DNA from: Balanoglossus misakiensis
Lineage: Eukaryota; Animalia; Hemichordata
Assembly: GCA_040954595.2 (NCBI GenBank)
Contig: CM082582.2
Span: 1,116,001-1,180,000, forward strand
Reading direction: 5' to 3'
DNA length: 64,000 nt
Shown here: positions 36,905 to 50,240 of the stretch, one piece after another
How positions within the stretch are numbered: position 1 is the first letter of the stretch
How the letters are laid out: each line of letters begins with the position of its first letter
Program-made: the position numbers and the translations under genes
The notes under the pieces: model-generated
Databases searched by the model: none
The model's input: only the letters and a program-made list of their open reading frames with translations
Told to the model about the DNA's origin: nothing

Positions 36905-39900
36905 CGCCATTCCATTAGTGTTGCTGGAGTGCGTTCGGTAGCACGCCCTCACTCGTAGTTACTAGTTTATACTTTTGTTCCTTTTGCGCATGCTCGGTCC
37001 TCTCTCTCCCCGCTGGACCGCCATTGCTCTATGTATGTTTATATATCGATCGACGAAGTGTATCGATTAAACTGGTTATTGTTCTCAACTTCCAAGTGTC
37101 TGGTTGTGATTCCGACTCATCGATAATTGGGCTTGCATCCCCACTGGCGTGGTGGCAGCGATTTCGAATCTACACGCCTCCTGAAGACATAACAGTCGTC
37201 GCTGGACCATATATTGCCTGGTCAACAAGTTGTCGGACACACACACATAGTGTACAACCGGTCAGTATACATTAACTGGATAGCACAGAAGTTGTAGTCA
37301 TTACCAGAGTACATCATGGCATCATTCCAGCGGGCACCCAAGCAATGGTGTCTCAGTAAATCAGAGACTATTAATTCCTTCGAGAATTGGCGCCAAAACC
37401 TCAGATATACGTTATCACTTGATGCTAATTTTGCACCTTTCCTCGCTGAGGGCGCACAATGGACAAAGAAAACGAAGTCTAGTCCACTGAGAGGGTTTAC
37501 CAACGACGGTGAGGACATCAGCGCAAACAAAAGCCTTACAGCCCAGCAGAAGGTTAATGCTCTGGAGCTTATGTTGGGCCAAATAGCCAACTACTGCCCC
37601 GTTATAGCCCGCAGTACTATTGTCAAGAACTCGACATCCATAGACAGTATTTGGCAGGTAATTCGTTTACATTATGGTTTCCAGTCTACTGGCGCTCATT
37701 TCATCGATTTTTGCCAAATCCACCTTCAGCCCGATGAGCGTCCTGAAGACCTCTACCAACGCCTCACCGCATTCATTGAGGACAACCTACTCCGTCGTGA
37801 TAGCGGTATATCCCACCACGGCGATGCCATTACCGAGGATGAAGAGCTTTCCCCATCTTTGGAAAATTTTGTGGTCTTAACCTGGTTGCAGCTAATACAT
37901 AAAGATCTCCCGAGACTTGTTAAACAACGGAACGGCACGGAGTTACGCACCCGTACATTAGCCTCCGTAAAGCCAGAAATTTCACAGGCATTATCTTCTC
38001 TCCTGGATGAGATACACACTACAGAAGACGCCACTGTCATGCGCACCGCCGCAGCCAACTACCACAACACCACTCGTTATAAGGACAACTTTCCCACTCG
38101 CTCTACTGGTCCGCCCAAAGCAAGACAGAGAAGCCGTAAAACATATCGCTCCTGTCCCCTGTGCAAGCAAGCCGGCAGACCGGCTCAGCATTTTCTAAGT
38201 GAGTGTGAGTTCCTACCAGACCAAGATCGCCGGTTCATGACCAAAGCACGACAGGTTGCTAACATATTCGACATTAACAGTGATGAAGATGACTGTCTTC
38301 CAAGTGATGAACTCTCACAACAAGACTCAAGCACTACCAACACCGCCCTACGAATTCAGGTCCGCCAGTCACCATACCTGGATACTTTCTATGGTTACCA
38401 AACCGTCCGCGCGATTATCGACAGTGGTGCCACTGGTAACATGATGCGCCTGTCTTTAGCCAGACGACTGAATGTACCAATAAAATCCAGTTCCCAATCC
38501 GCACATCAGGCCGATGGCTCTTCCCCCTTGAAAGTTGTAGGCGAAACTAGATTCCAATTGACACGCGACAACATCAACTTCATATTCGAGGGCCTAGTTG
38601 TGGAAAACCTGGATGTCGACTTATTGGCAGGGACTCCCTTTATGGAGCTAAATGACATCAGTGTCCGCCCAGCCAAGTGCCAAATCATGATCGGTGACGG
38701 TACGACATACACCTACGGGTCAACACCAGCAACCGGCCACAGCATCCGCAGGACCCATGTACTCAGGGCCCCTCCCGTGTCTTCTACCATTTGGCCAGGT
38801 GACTTCATCGAGGTAGAGTTACCACCAGAACTCCAGGCCACTGACACGACGTACGCAGTCGAACCTAGATCAGACACACGTTCTAACAAGATGTTCACGC
38901 CTAACAACACATGGCCAGCACCAGACCTGTTGACAAGTGTAGCTGGAAAACTTCGCATTCCCAACTTATCTGACAGTCCACAAACACTTCAGCGCAACGA
39001 ACACTTTTGCCAAGTACGCGCCACCTTCACCCCAGTCATAGATCACAGCAGTTCCACCACGAAGACTCTCCCCACCAAGTCTCCAACCACTGTCGGCAAC
39101 TACTCAAATGACATTAAGCTTGACCCTGACAATCTCCTATCACAAGCAGACCGTACAGCTTTCCGCTCTCTTCACCAAGAGTTTGATGACGTTTTCAACC
39201 CTACCGTCAAGGGCTACAACGGTGCGTCGGGTCCCTTCGAAGCAGTTGTCAATATGGGCCCTGTGCAACCACCACAGCGAAAGGGGCGCCTCCCCTTCTA
39301 TCCACATGACAAGCTGTTGGAACTACAGGCCAAGTTCGATGAGTTGGAAGAAATGGGTGTATTCGCCCGACCAGAAGACCTGAGTGTTAGCGTCGAATAC
39401 ATAAACACCTCATTCCTGGTAAAAAAAGCCAACGGTGGCTCTAGACTAGTCACTGCCTTCGCTGACGTGGGTCGCTATAGCAAACCCCAGCCGTCTGTAT
39501 TACCAGATGTGGATGGTACTCTTCGCCACATCGCGCAGTGGAAATACATAATTACCACAGACCTCACCAAGGCCTTCTACCAAATACCGCTTTCAAGGAC
39601 GTCCCTGAAATATTGCGGCGTAGCTACTCCGTTCCGAGGCATACGCGTCTACACACGATGTGCTATGGGCATGCCCGGTTCTGAAACTGCCCTCGAAGAA
39701 CTCATGTGTCGCGTCCTAGGTGATCTCCTTGCAGATGGTGTTGTAGCTAAACTAGCTGACGACTTATTCTGTGGTGGTAATTCCATACATGAATTCAAGA
39801 CCAACTGGAAACGTCTGCTACAGGCATTACATGCGTTGGCATTATGCCTTTCTGCCGCCAAAACGGCTATATGCCCAGCTACTACCATGATCCTGGGATG

Positions 39901-42734
39901 GATTTGGCACCAAGGAACAATCAGTGCCAGCAAACACCGTATCGCACCCCTTTCCTCATGCTCTACACCAGAGAATGTTCGTGGACTTCGATCTTTCATA
40001 GGTGCATACAAGGTCTTAGCTAGAGTAATTCCAGGCTGCGCATTTCTCCTCACAGCGTTAGAAGATGCCGCCGCTGGGAAACAGTCTAGCGACCGTATTG
40101 AGTGGACTGACAAGCTCCGTGAGGCTTTCCACACTGCCCAGTCTGCACTTTCCACAAGCCGATCGATCACTTTGCCACGCCCATCCGACCAACTTTGGAT
40201 CATCACAGATGGTGCCGTGAAGTACAACGGAATTGGTGCTACATTATATGTCTCCCGAGATGACAAACTCCACGTTGCTGGATTCTTCAGTGCCAAACTT
40301 CGTGGTCGGCAGGTCACTTGGCTCCCCTGCGAGGTTGAGGCTCTATCCATTGCAGTTGCCACCAAGCATTTTAGCCCTTATATTATACAGTCTCATCACA
40401 AGCCATGTATACTCACAGACAGTAAACCATGCGTACAAGCATATGAGAAGTTGTGCCGCGGCGAATTCTCCGCCAGCCCACGAGTAACAACCTTCCTCTC
40501 AACCGTGAGCCGGTACCAGGCCTCTGTGAGACATCTTGCTGGCAGCGAAAACATCCCATCAGACTTCGCCAGTCGTAATGCCCCAGATTGTGACTCTCCC
40601 ACTTGCCAAATCTGCACATTCGTCGCACGTACCGAAGATTCTGTTGTCAGATCCCTGTCCGTACAGGACGTCATCTCCGGTAACGCAAAGCTACCATTTA
40701 CCAACAGGGCGACTTGGCTCAGCATACAAGCCGACTGTCCAGATTTGCGTCGTACTCACGCCCACCTAACTCAGGGAACGCGTCCATCAAAGAAGCTCAC
40801 CAACATCAGGGATGTAAAACGCTACCTGAACAACGTAACTATTGCCAAGGATGGGTTGCTTGTTGTCTCCCGGACGGATCCCTTTGTCCCTCCTAGTGAC
40901 CGCATCGTAGTTCCCCGACAAGTTTTGGATGGCTTTCTGACTGCCATTCACATTCGTCTAGGTCACCCATCATGCCACCAACTGAAGCAAGTGACACATC
41001 GCTACTTCTACGCCCTGGACTTGGACAAATCCATCGAGCATGTCTCCTCTACATGCCACCATTGCGCCTCACTCACCAAGGTTCCCAATACCATAGTCAC
41101 ACAGTCAACTACAGATCCGCCTGAAGTCATCGGCATTTCCTTCGCTGCTGATATAATCAAGCGTGAGCGTCAATTAGTCCTAGTACTCCGCGAATGCGTC
41201 ACATCATTCACGTCAGCTTGTCTTATTGAGGACGAACGCCATGATACCCTACGTGTTGCCCTCGTGAGACTTTGCATTGAACTTCGACCTTTAGATGGTC
41301 CACACGCTGTTATCCGTACTGACCCAGCTCCGGGCTTTGCAGCCCTCATCAACGATGACCTCCTTCGTCAGCACAGGTTGACCATTGAAATTGGTCGCAT
41401 CAAGAATCGTAACAAAAACCCTGTCGCAGGTAGAGCTATTCAAGAAATTGAAGACGAGCTCCTACGCCAGGACCCTCTGTGTTCTACCATCACACCACTC
41501 TCCCTGGCCATAGCCCTCTCACACGTCAACTCCCGCATCAGGTCTAGAGGTTTGTCTTCCCGTGAAATGTGGACTCAAAGAGACCAGTTTACCCATGATC
41601 AGTTACCGATCAGTGACCAACAGCTGATTCTTGCACAACACGCCCTCCGCAAGGCCAACCATCGCTCCAGTGAGACCTCCAAAACTCCCAGTAGACGCAT
41701 GCCAATAGCCCCGTCGCTAGAAGTTGGGGACCTGGTATACCTACACTCAGACCGCAACAAATCCCGTTCTCGAGACCACTACTTGGTCATCCAGAGCGAC
41801 CCGCCATGGTGTTGTATCCGTAAGTTCCGCGGAAACCAACTCCGTAAGACTTCGTATCGCGTCAAGCAGTCAGAATGCTACTTAGTGCCATTTTCAGCGA
41901 CCGATCACTCAATACCCATGAAGGGAGCGAACGAGGAGCACTCATCTGATGACGATACACCGTGTCGGCCACCAACCGCAGTGCCTGAACCCCCAAGCAT
42001 TCCTTCGGAACTCGCATCGCCCAGGAAGTCAGATCACATACAAAGTACCACACCTGGTGTCTGCGATACTACTACTACCAAATGCGACACCAGTACCAGT
42101 GATATCCAACCCACAGTGTGCAGCCCCATGGAAACCACTGACATGTCAGCTCCTGCTGAAGATAGTCGACCAGATCAACCTCTCACCACTGAGGGTACAA
42201 GAAAATCCACCCGCGCTCGCCGTCGTCCCACCCGCTTTGATGACTATGAAGTGAACTTTTAGAGTTTCAGACCTTTATATTTTTGTGCTGAACAGTGTTG
42301 CCCCCAGTACTCCCATTTATATTTATTGACTTTCATGTTCTCACTTTCATTGCAGCTTTTGACTTTTGTAGGACTCAGTCAACATGCATGTTCATGTTTT
42401 TCTTTGCATTTTATGCTCACATTTCCTGTGTCAAATTTTTTTCCTGCTCGATGGACAGAAAGAGAAGTGGATGTAAGAGAAGGTGGCTACGCCATTCCAT
42501 TAGTGTTGCTGGAGTGCGTTCGGTAGCACGCCCTCACTCGTAGTTACTAGTTTATACTTTTGTTCCTTTTGCGCATGCTCGGTCCTCTCTCTCCCCGCTG
42601 GACCGCCATTGCTCTATGTATGTTTATATATCGATCGACGAAGTGTATCGATTAAACTGGTTATTGTTCTCAACTTCCAAGTGTCTGGTTGTGATTCCGA
42701 CTCATCGATAATTGGGCTTGCATCCCCACTGGCG
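36905..42734 (+). mobile_element. Full-length gypsy-type LTR retrotransposon with CGCCA...TGGCG termini and a 3-bp TSD (Troyka-like)
   Basis: 245-bp direct repeats at 36905-37149 and 42490-42734, identical by eye; TSD CAA; PBS TGGTGGCAGCG at 37150; removing it restores the LINE frame KLGP-IYLSSM. Confidence 0.93.
37316..42262 (+). CDS. Single gag-pol polyprotein, 1648 aa (gag, protease, RT, RNase H, integrase)
   Basis: [18 protein letters not shown]; IIDSGATGN; [11 protein letters not shown] and KLADDL; IITDGAV and LTDSKP; HIRLGH...[18 protein letters not shown]. Confidence 0.95.
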   Translation: MASFQRAPKQWCLSKSETINSFENWRQNLRYTLSLDANFAPFLAEGAQWTKKTKSSPLRGFTNDGEDISANKSLTAQQKVNALELMLGQIANYCPVIARSTIVKNSTSIDSIWQVIRLHYGFQSTGAHFIDFCQIHLQPDERPEDLYQRLTAFIEDNLLRRDSGISHHGDAITEDEELSPSLENFVVLTWLQLIHKDLPRLVKQRNGTELRTRTLASVKPEISQALSSLLDEIHTTEDATVMRTAAANYHNTTRYKDNFPTRSTGPPKARQRSRKTYRSCPLCKQAGRPAQHFLSECEFLPDQDRRFMTKARQVANIFDINSDEDDCLPSDELSQQDSSTTNTALRIQVRQSPYLDTFYGYQTVRAIIDSGATGNMMRLSLARRLNVPIKSSSQSAHQADGSSPLKVVGETRFQLTRDNINFIFEGLVVENLDVDLLAGTPFMELNDISVRPAKCQIMIGDGTTYTYGSTPATGHSIRRTHVLRAPPVSSTIWPGDFIEVELPPELQATDTTYAVEPRSDTRSNKMFTPNNTWPAPDLLTSVAGKLRIPNLSDSPQTLQRNEHFCQVRATFTPVIDHSSSTTKTLPTKSPTTVGNYSNDIKLDPDNLLSQADRTAFRSLHQEFDDVFNPTVKGYNGASGPFEAVVNMGPVQPPQRKGRLPFYPHDKLLELQAKFDELEEMGVFARPEDLSVSVEYINTSFLVKKANGGSRLVTAFADVGRYSKPQPSVLPDVDGTLRHIAQWKYIITTDLTKAFYQIPLSRTSLKYCGVATPFRGIRVYTRCAMGMPGSETALEELMCRVLGDLLADGVVAKLADDLFCGGNSIHEFKTNWKRLLQALHALALCLSAAKTAICPATTMILGWIWHQGTISASKHRIAPLSSCSTPENVRGLRSFIGAYKVLARVIPGCAFLLTALEDAAAGKQSSDRIEWTDKLREAFHTAQSALSTSRSITLPRPSDQLWIITDGAVKYNGIGATLYVSRDDKLHVAGFFSAKLRGRQVTWLPCEVEALSIAVATKHFSPYIIQSHHKPCILTDSKPCVQAYEKLCRGEFSASPRVTTFLSTVSRYQASVRHLAGSENIPSDFASRNAPDCDSPTCQICTFVARTEDSVVRSLSVQDVISGNAKLPFTNRATWLSIQADCPDLRRTHAHLTQGTRPSKKLTNIRDVKRYLNNVTIAKDGLLVVSRTDPFVPPSDRIVVPRQVLDGFLTAIHIRLGHPSCHQLKQVTHRYFYALDLDKSIEHVSSTCHHCASLTKVPNTIVTQSTTDPPEVIGISFAADIIKRERQLVLVLRECVTSFTSACLIEDERHDTLRVALVRLCIELRPLDGPHAVIRTDPAPGFAALINDDLLRQHRLTIEIGRIKNRNKNPVAGRAIQEIEDELLRQDPLCSTITPLSLAIALSHVNSRIRSRGLSSREMWTQRDQFTHDQLPISDQQLILAQHALRKANHRSSETSKTPSRRMPIAPSLEVGDLVYLHSDRNKSRSRDHYLVIQSDPPWCCIRKFRGNQLRKTSYRVKQSECYLVPFSATDHSIPMKGANEEHSSDDDTPCRPPTAVPEPPSIPSELASPRKSDHIQSTTPGVCDTTTTKCDTSTSDIQPTVCSPMETTDMSAPAEDSRPDQPLTTEGTRKSTRARRRPTRFDDYEVNF

Positions 42735-43061
42735 CAATCTATCTTTCTAGCATGACTAATCTATATGTTCCGTGTCGCAATTTAAGGTCAGCTGATCAGT
42801 TCAAACTCTGCCTTGTTCGATCACGCACCAAAAGTTATGGTGATCGTGCTTTTACTGTTGCTGCTCCAATTCTTTGGAATAATCTTCCACTTACCATTCG
42901 CCAGGCACCAGACTTATCTGTTTTTAAATCAAATGTTAAAACTTTACTTTTTAAATCTGTTTTTTAGCCATTTGTTGTATTGTACTTTTGCTTTAAGCAT
43001 CATTGATCACATTTTTGTGGATACTGACACTATACAAATAAATTATTATTATTATTATTAT

Positions 43062-43810
43062 TATTTTGATTACAGAGGTGGGGTTTAATCTTGCCTTTGC
43101 ATATGTTTATCCCTGTCCTGTTGCATTGGGCTTGTATCTATGGTAACCTATTATCAGCAGTAAAGGCCACAACTATGAAACAGTTTTAATATCAAGCACT
43201 CTCTGAATTACACGGCCATTCTCATTGGTGTATATAGTGTAGTCACGTTGTATTTTACTGCAACTGATGAAAGTCTCCTAAAAAAACAAATGTGTCTTTA
43301 CCCACTGTGCACAGAGTATTTGAATGATACTCAGTTGATGGTCATATAGTATAGCGCCCTCTGCGGTAGTATTTTGATTATGGAGGTGGGGTTTAATCTT
43401 GTCTTTGCATATGTTTATCCCTGTCCTGTTGCATTGGGCTTGTATCTATGGTAAACTAATTATCAGCAGTAAAGGCCACAACAATGATACAGTTTTAATA
43501 TCAAGCACTCTCTGAATTACATGGCCATTCTCATTGGTGTATATAGTGTAGTCATGTTGTATTTTACTGCAACTGATGAAAGTCTCCTAAAAACAAATGT
43601 GTATTTACCCACTGTGCACAGAGTATTTGAATGATACTCAGTTGATGGTCATATAGTATAGCACCCTCTGTGGTAGTATTTGGATGATAGGGGAAGGGGT
43701 AACCTACCTTTTCTATACATGTATATGGTTATCCCTCTTCTATTGCATTCCGCTTGTATCTATGGAAACCTAATTATCAGCAGTGAATGCCAAATTGTAA
43801 AACAGCAACA
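43062..43810 (+). repeat. ~310-bp tandem satellite, right part
   Basis: The unit resumes in register after the LINE tail; marker motif near 43350 and 43657. Confidence 0.93.
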
Positions 43811-43951
43811 TATTTATTATCAAACACTGTATGGAATTGAATATACACAATATGTTTTGTGTGTTTGCTGGCTACATACATGCATAAATACGTACATACA
43901 TATATTACACTCATACTCAAACACACAGCTAATGGACTCTTTTTTTCATCA

Positions 43952-44022
43952 TCCCCACCAGGAATCGAACCTGGATCTCTTATCACAAAGTGACAAGTGT
44001 GTTAACCATTACACCATGAGGA
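43952..44022 (-). repeat. tRNA-derived (SINE-head-like) sequence, inverted partner of 48384-48454
   Basis: Reverse complement carries A box TGGTGTAATGG and B box GGTTCGATTCC. Confidence 0.75.
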
Positions 44023-46471
44023 TTTTTTATCTCCACTAACTGCCAACACACTGTCCAATTGCACATTCACTCACTGACATATTCAACTAACACACCAGTT
44101 TCTTTATTTCAAAAAGTACACAGTAAAACATCACAAATGACAAGACAGGGGTATCAGGAATCACACAAATCATACTCAATGTTTTACTGAAGCCATTGCT
44201 GTAAGATTGCTGTAAGTAATGGCACTATTCAATGGTGTTAACACCACATAGCACAATGATGTACTGCACACATTCAAGTCACATACCTTTTTGAAGTATT
44301 AATAAACACTGATTCTATGAACTGTTAAAATTATTTTTTCTTACATCATCCCTGAATACCAAATTTCAAACAAATTAGGCTAGTGCTTTCACATGTTAAC
44401 ACACAATGCATGGCACTGGACAATCATCCTATCCGATCTGAAACCTCAGTGTCACTTACCACAAAACTAAACACGTCATCTACAAATGATTTACGAAACT
44501 AATTCGTACACGACACAATACACATTTGAGTGTGTTGATCTCTTAGTTTGTACATGATACTTTGCACTGATGTACACCAACACTCACCTTGAGAACTCTT
44601 TGGTAGCCAAAACTGTCAAGAAAATAAACAAAACTTTTAAATTAAATCATTAAGTATAATTGTGTATTTAAACAAGTACATCAAGATATACACTTGCCTG
44701 CATAACACACACCTCTCAATAGCCATAATGTATCAATGTCGAGATGACATCACTCCAAGTACAAGATAGCGAATGATGATTTTTTTACAATAACCCCACT
44801 ACTTAAACAGGACAACAAATTACAATGAATTCACTATCAACCTTGTGATATTCAGAAAATCAATTCTTGGTCACATAAATTGTCCTGTCCACAAAATGGT
44901 TTCATGGCATCAAAATATGTTAACAAGTCAACTCTACTTTTCATGCTCCAACCAGATTTCATTGTCTATGTTTTTAACATGCCTGTCACGACTAGAAAGC
45001 ATACACACTAAACAGAGTGGTCACCAGCATAATTTGGCCAATTCTATGCTTGTCCTCACATTCTTACGAACAATTCAAATGTCAAATTATCTAGCAATGT
45101 TTCTGTTATGTACTCACACAGATTGTTCCATATTTGAAGCAAATAATTATCATAAACAAATTGATTACCCTGATATAAATTCCAATGAAAACCTTAAGGC
45201 TTTTGGTCATGTAAACATACAATATTAACAGAAAAAATAATGGAAAATACAATCCATTTTTACTACTGTTTATTTTTTGACAAATACATATAAGAGACAT
45301 GGAAACTATTGAAGTACACATCCAAAAATAATATCCTACCACTGCTTGTACGTTTCATACACACGATACAAGACCGATCGCCCGAATTCAGCAGATTCAC
45401 TTGCCTAAAACCGTTTCTAAATAATCATATGTACCTGTATACACTCCAAAAATAAGCTTAATTTCAACTTGTATGGAATGAAATAGAAACTCCGATGTAC
45501 CCAGCCTCTGATGTTTCTATTCCTTCAAGCAAACTTCACCATCTTAACATATATACAATTTGCCAAAACATGCATACAAACGAAACCCTTTCAGTATATA
45601 ACGACAACCGCCATATTGGATGTCGCTCGACACGAAAATAAAAAAAGCCTGACAAAACTGCCATCGCCTCATACACAATTAAAATCACACTACCATTAGA
45701 TAAAACACAACTACATAACCAATACCATCAACTCTTACACGTTCAAACCACCGATTCTGTCATTTATACTCATTAAAAATAACCACGAGAATATACACAT
45801 ATCCCACTAACCTATATTCAGCTGCTGAACAACAAGAGCACTTGATTCGTTTTCGGATGTGACTACGTGCAACAACATATGCATCACCATCACATTCGCG
45901 TTGGGATTCAAGACAGTTTCAATATCTCAAGAAGCAATACAACGAGAAGACCTTCTCGGGATTTTATGCACATCCTGTTGGATATCGCTGCCAAATGTCC
46001 ACAGATGATAAAACATGATACCAGAATGTTGTATTGGGGACAACCATCAAATGTTCCCGTGCCAGCGCCCTCTATATTCTAGAAACCCTGGTATATCTCA
46101 AGAAACATTACCATTTTTAATTATTTTTAAAAGCAAAAGTAAGTTGTCATTTTATTTGTACAATTATTTCTCTATATTAAACAAGTATACATAAACACTA
46201 AAACATGTTTTGCCATGTTAACATAAATTTATGACCATTTTAAAATACTATATAGCTTATATTTATTAAAGTACAAATTCAGATGTTTTTCATTTTTAAC
46301 CATTTCCACAATCAAAATGAAAAAAAAAATCGCATCAATAGTAGATTGGGTTATATTGGATATCATTATGTAAAACTGAAGAGTCACTATGGCATGGAAA
46401 CTACTGAGATATGTGGTAGAAAACCAAAATGCCCAACAAATATACACAGTGTGTGTTGTGTGTTAGATAGG

Positions 46472-46648
46472 TACATACATACATACATACATACATACAT
46501 ACATACATACATACATACATACATACATGCATGCATGCATACATACATACATACATACATACATACGTACATACATACATACATACATACATACATACCT
46601 ACATACATACATACATACATACATACATACATACATACATACATACAT
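46472..46648 (+). repeat. (TACA)n microsatellite; its flank is an inverted match to 48727-48760
   Basis: tatacacagtgtgtgttgtgtgttagataggtacata is the reverse complement of the flank of the (TATG)n tract. Confidence 0.95.
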
Positions 46649-47871
46649 GCGCCCTGTATTGACCAAATACCGTCGTGCAAGCTCATGTACAAGCTATTTC
46701 TTTATGCCTGTACAAAAATTGACCAAATTCTACTGTTTATTATGATTCATTCTTCGAAACAATTCATCTTCTTGCCATATTTTATTTGTTCATATAACAC
46801 ATTTTGAAGAAAAGTTGTACAAAGACTACAATATACTAATGGGCTATATTCTCAAAACAGATATATTACCACAAATACTACTAGGGATTGTGTAGTGGTT
46901 TCTTTCTCACTATAAGACATATGATATCTGATATCAACCATACAAACAATATCAATAATAAAAAGCATAAAACACCAATTTATTTTATATAGCCTTATAT
47001 TAATTTATTTCAATTGTGAAAATAGACACACATACAAAAAAGAACAGAAAAACAATCACAGTATCTGGTTTATGAAATAAAAAAGACCAAACAAGCAATT
47101 GCTTCCGAAATAACATATTCCACATTCTGTCACAAATTGAGCAAATTCCAGTAAAATCAACCCCAAGGACCTACACACTAAATTTCAAAGTAATCGTACA
47201 AAGAATTTAACTAAACACAACTAAAATTGATCAAAAATTACACATTTCACCACAATTTACATAAACTCTACTAACTTCACCCTAGGAACCTGCATACTAA
47301 ATTTCAAAGTAATTGGCCCCGTGGTTTCAGTAAAGAAAAGTGACAGACAGTGACACCACTCACCCAATAAGACAATCACCCAATCTAATAAGCTCAACAT
47401 AACTGACAACACAGCTAAACAGTTCACCGACAATATAAATACAATTGTGTACATTTCACAAATGACAATATTAGCCTTTTAGTCACCTCTGACTCTAATG
47501 TAAAGTACATTATGGTAACTGTTCATTGAAATGTTTCTGGGAAATGTTTACTAAGGCTATTTAATATCTTCTAGTTTTTTTTTATAACACATGGTTTCTC
47601 TTGCAATTCCTCTTTCAGTAAACAGGATAAACTTTCTACACCATTACACTTATATGCTACTGCCAAATGGAAGTAATCTAATCCTGTAGTAGCTATAAAG
47701 CAGCATTGTCAGGGCCCAAGCAACATGATGAAAAAAGGTGAAAGCACAAGTTATAGTTACTCAAACTTTTACCAGAAAATTTTGATAGATCATATTGGTT
47801 CACGTCCAAGCAAATCGGACTTCTAACCATATTGGTTAGCTTACAATTTGATAAGTATATAAATTAAAGGG

Positions 47872-48162
47872 ACCCTTTTCCATTAATTATGTTTGATGCA
47901 AGACACCATTTATGTTAATGTACATGTGGATATATAGTGAATCAACATTCAACAACACACACTGCTTGTAGACACGAGAGTGAAAAATCTTGCCAAAATG
48001 AATAATTGGTCTTTACCATTTATTCATTTTGGGCGAGTTTTTACTGTCATATCCTACAAACGGGATGGAAGCTGTGTGTGGTCGAACGTTGATTCACTAT
48101 ATATCCACATTAACAGTCTCTTGTATCACACATAATTATTAAAAAAGGGCAGCAAAGAGACT
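47872..48162. mobile_element. Palindromic MITE; partial second copy at 63801-63958
   Basis: atgtggatatatagtgaatcaac...gttgattcactatatatccacat with the centre near 48010; the same left arm occurs at 63.8 kb. Confidence 0.8.
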
Positions 48163-48383
48163 TTCTGCCTTTAATAAGCTAATAAAAGTGTTAGACTGCA
48201 TTGGCTGCTCTATAATACCATATAGCAATGCAGTAACTCCTGTGGATGCCAATTTCTGACTCTCTGTTATTTCTCACATGCATTTGTGAATTTTTATTGA
48301 AATAAAAAAACTGGTGTGTTGAATATGTCAGTGAGTGAATGTGCAATTGGACAGTGTGTTGGCAGTTAGTGGAGATAAAACAA

Positions 48384-48454
48384 TCCTCATGGTGTAATGG
48401 TTAACGCACTTGTCACTTTGTGATAAGGGATCCTGGTTCGATTCCTGGTGAGGA
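48384..48454 (+). repeat. tRNA-Gln-like pseudo-tRNA or SINE head, followed by (TATG)n at 48491-48726
   Basis: TCCTCAT...GTGAGGA acceptor-like stem, A and B boxes, CTTTG in the anticodon region but a non-canonical arm. Confidence 0.75.
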
Positions 48455-49910
48455 TGATAAAAAAGGAGTCCATTTGCTGTATGTTTTCCATGTATGTATG
48501 TATGTATGTATGTATGTATGTATGTATGTATGTATGTATGTATGTATGTATGTATGTATGTATGTATGTATGTATGCATGCATGCATGCATGTATGTATG
48601 CATGTATGTATGTATGTATGCATGTATGTATGTATGTATGTATGTATGTATGTATGTATGTATGTATGTATGTATGTATGTATGTATGTATGTATGTATG
48701 TATGTATGTATGTATGTATGTATGTACCTATCTAACACACAACACACACTGTGTATATTTAATTCCACAATGCTTGATACTAAAACTGTCCACAAAAAAA
48801 CATTTGTTTATAACCCCTGAGTGCTTGTCTTCCACATTTACCTTCTCTTGGCATTTATTTCCACAGATGATGCAATACTGCTCGTCTCTTCATCCTGGTC
48901 TCTTGCGCTCCCCTTTTTACTCTCCCTGAATGCTGACAACACGTACCGTCTCATTGTTCAGTGGATATGCCTTGCTGTCATCTGCATCTGCTCCCTCAGT
49001 ACCCCCTTCTCCCTGGCACAATCATCCAAATACTATCGCAGAGGGCGCTATACTATATGACGATCAACACAATATCATTCAGATAATCTTTGCACAGTGG
49101 GTAAATTAAGCATTTGGTTTTTCACGAGACTTTCATCAGTTGTACTAAAATGAAATGTGTCTACACTATACAAATGACAATGGCCTTCTAATTCAGAGAC
49201 GTTGGGAAGGACTAGTGAGCACATACAGCAAATCAGAAGGCCCAAAATGGCAAAGTTGCATGATTACTAATGGGAAACAAAGAATACACAGGGTATATTT
49301 AATTCCACAGAGTGCTTGATACTAAAATTATTGCTGTTTTACAATTGTGGCATTTACTGCTGATAATGAGGTTACCATAGATACAATTGGAATGGAACCG
49401 GACAGGGATAAACATATAAAGGCAAGGTTAACCCCCCACCCCCTACCACAGAGGGCGCTATACCGATCATCAAGTCAGTACCATTGACATAAATCTGTGC
49501 AGAGTGGGTAAATTAGGCATTTGGTTCTTCAGATTTTCATAAGTTGCACTAAAATGCTATGTGGCCCACTACAAGGACAAATAAGTCAAAAATGGCAAAT
49601 TTGATATTTACTTTGAGGTTGACATGGGGCAAAGGAGACAATACAAGAACACTGAAACTCAATTAGTGAAACACTAAAGTTGTACATGTACTTTATTTCT
49701 CTAACAAACTTAGAGAAAATTTACATGGCCATCTTTTTACTCAGAGAACTGATGTTGAAAAGAAAACAATGTTACATCATAAAATTGAAATCCTACATGT
49801 CACTAATTTCTGATTTTCACAAATGTTCATAAAAAAACCTGTTCTCTGCAAACCTTACCCCCCCCTCCTATTGTCGGTGCTTCTAATGTAACTCTCAATT
49901 TTTCCCTAAG

Positions 49911-50240
49911 GTGTTAAAAGAACCAAATGGTGATGATATGGTAGAAGGGATATTTGAGGGAATAGACATAGATGAGTAAGTATTAACTGCAGTACTTGCT
50001 TCCACCAATTTCCTATCATTTTGTGTACATGTTCACGTCTCTGTGTCTTACCAATCACATTCTGTCCTTTTTATTTTTTTCTAGAAGTGGCATCTTCTGT
50101 GTCAGACGGCAAATACTTACAGTGTCCCACCTTATGCCAGACCTTGGGTACAGAGGAGGCCATATTAGAAAACCTGCCAATGCATGTACACTACTCTATC
50201 AATCAAGAAATGCAACAGTCACAAAGATTGAGTAAGTTAA
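49911..50240 (+). pseudogene. Downstream exons of the OB-fold gene (VLKEPNGDDMVEGIFEGIDIDE; ...SDGKY...EEAILENLPMHVHY)
   Basis: ttccctaag|GTG...GATGA|gtaagt and tttctag| acceptor; a paralogous exon at 33359 follows the RPA-like exon on the same strand. Confidence 0.5.

Larger units (their letters stand above)
36086..43061 (+). mobile_element. 5'-truncated L2-clade LINE (RT C-terminal half and (TAT)n tail), split by an LTR element
   Basis: GVPQGSVLG, YADD, HITPILYQLHWLPV, then YGDRAFTVAAPILWNNLP at 42.8 kb; AATAAA followed by (TAT)n; TSD TATTTTG at 36079-36085 and 43062-43068. Confidence 0.92.

Noticed and set aside
34830-43810. Regularly spaced repeats as a CRISPR array
   Set aside because: Whole 310-bp units repeat with no unique spacers, there are no cas genes, and the context is eukaryotic
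48384-48454. Functional tRNA-Gln gene
   Set aside because: Non-canonical anticodon arm, T-stem mismatches and no T-run terminator; treated as a tRNA-derived repeat
46283-48929. ORFs of MYVC/HTYI repeats
   Set aside because: Translations of (TATG)n and (TACA)n microsatellites
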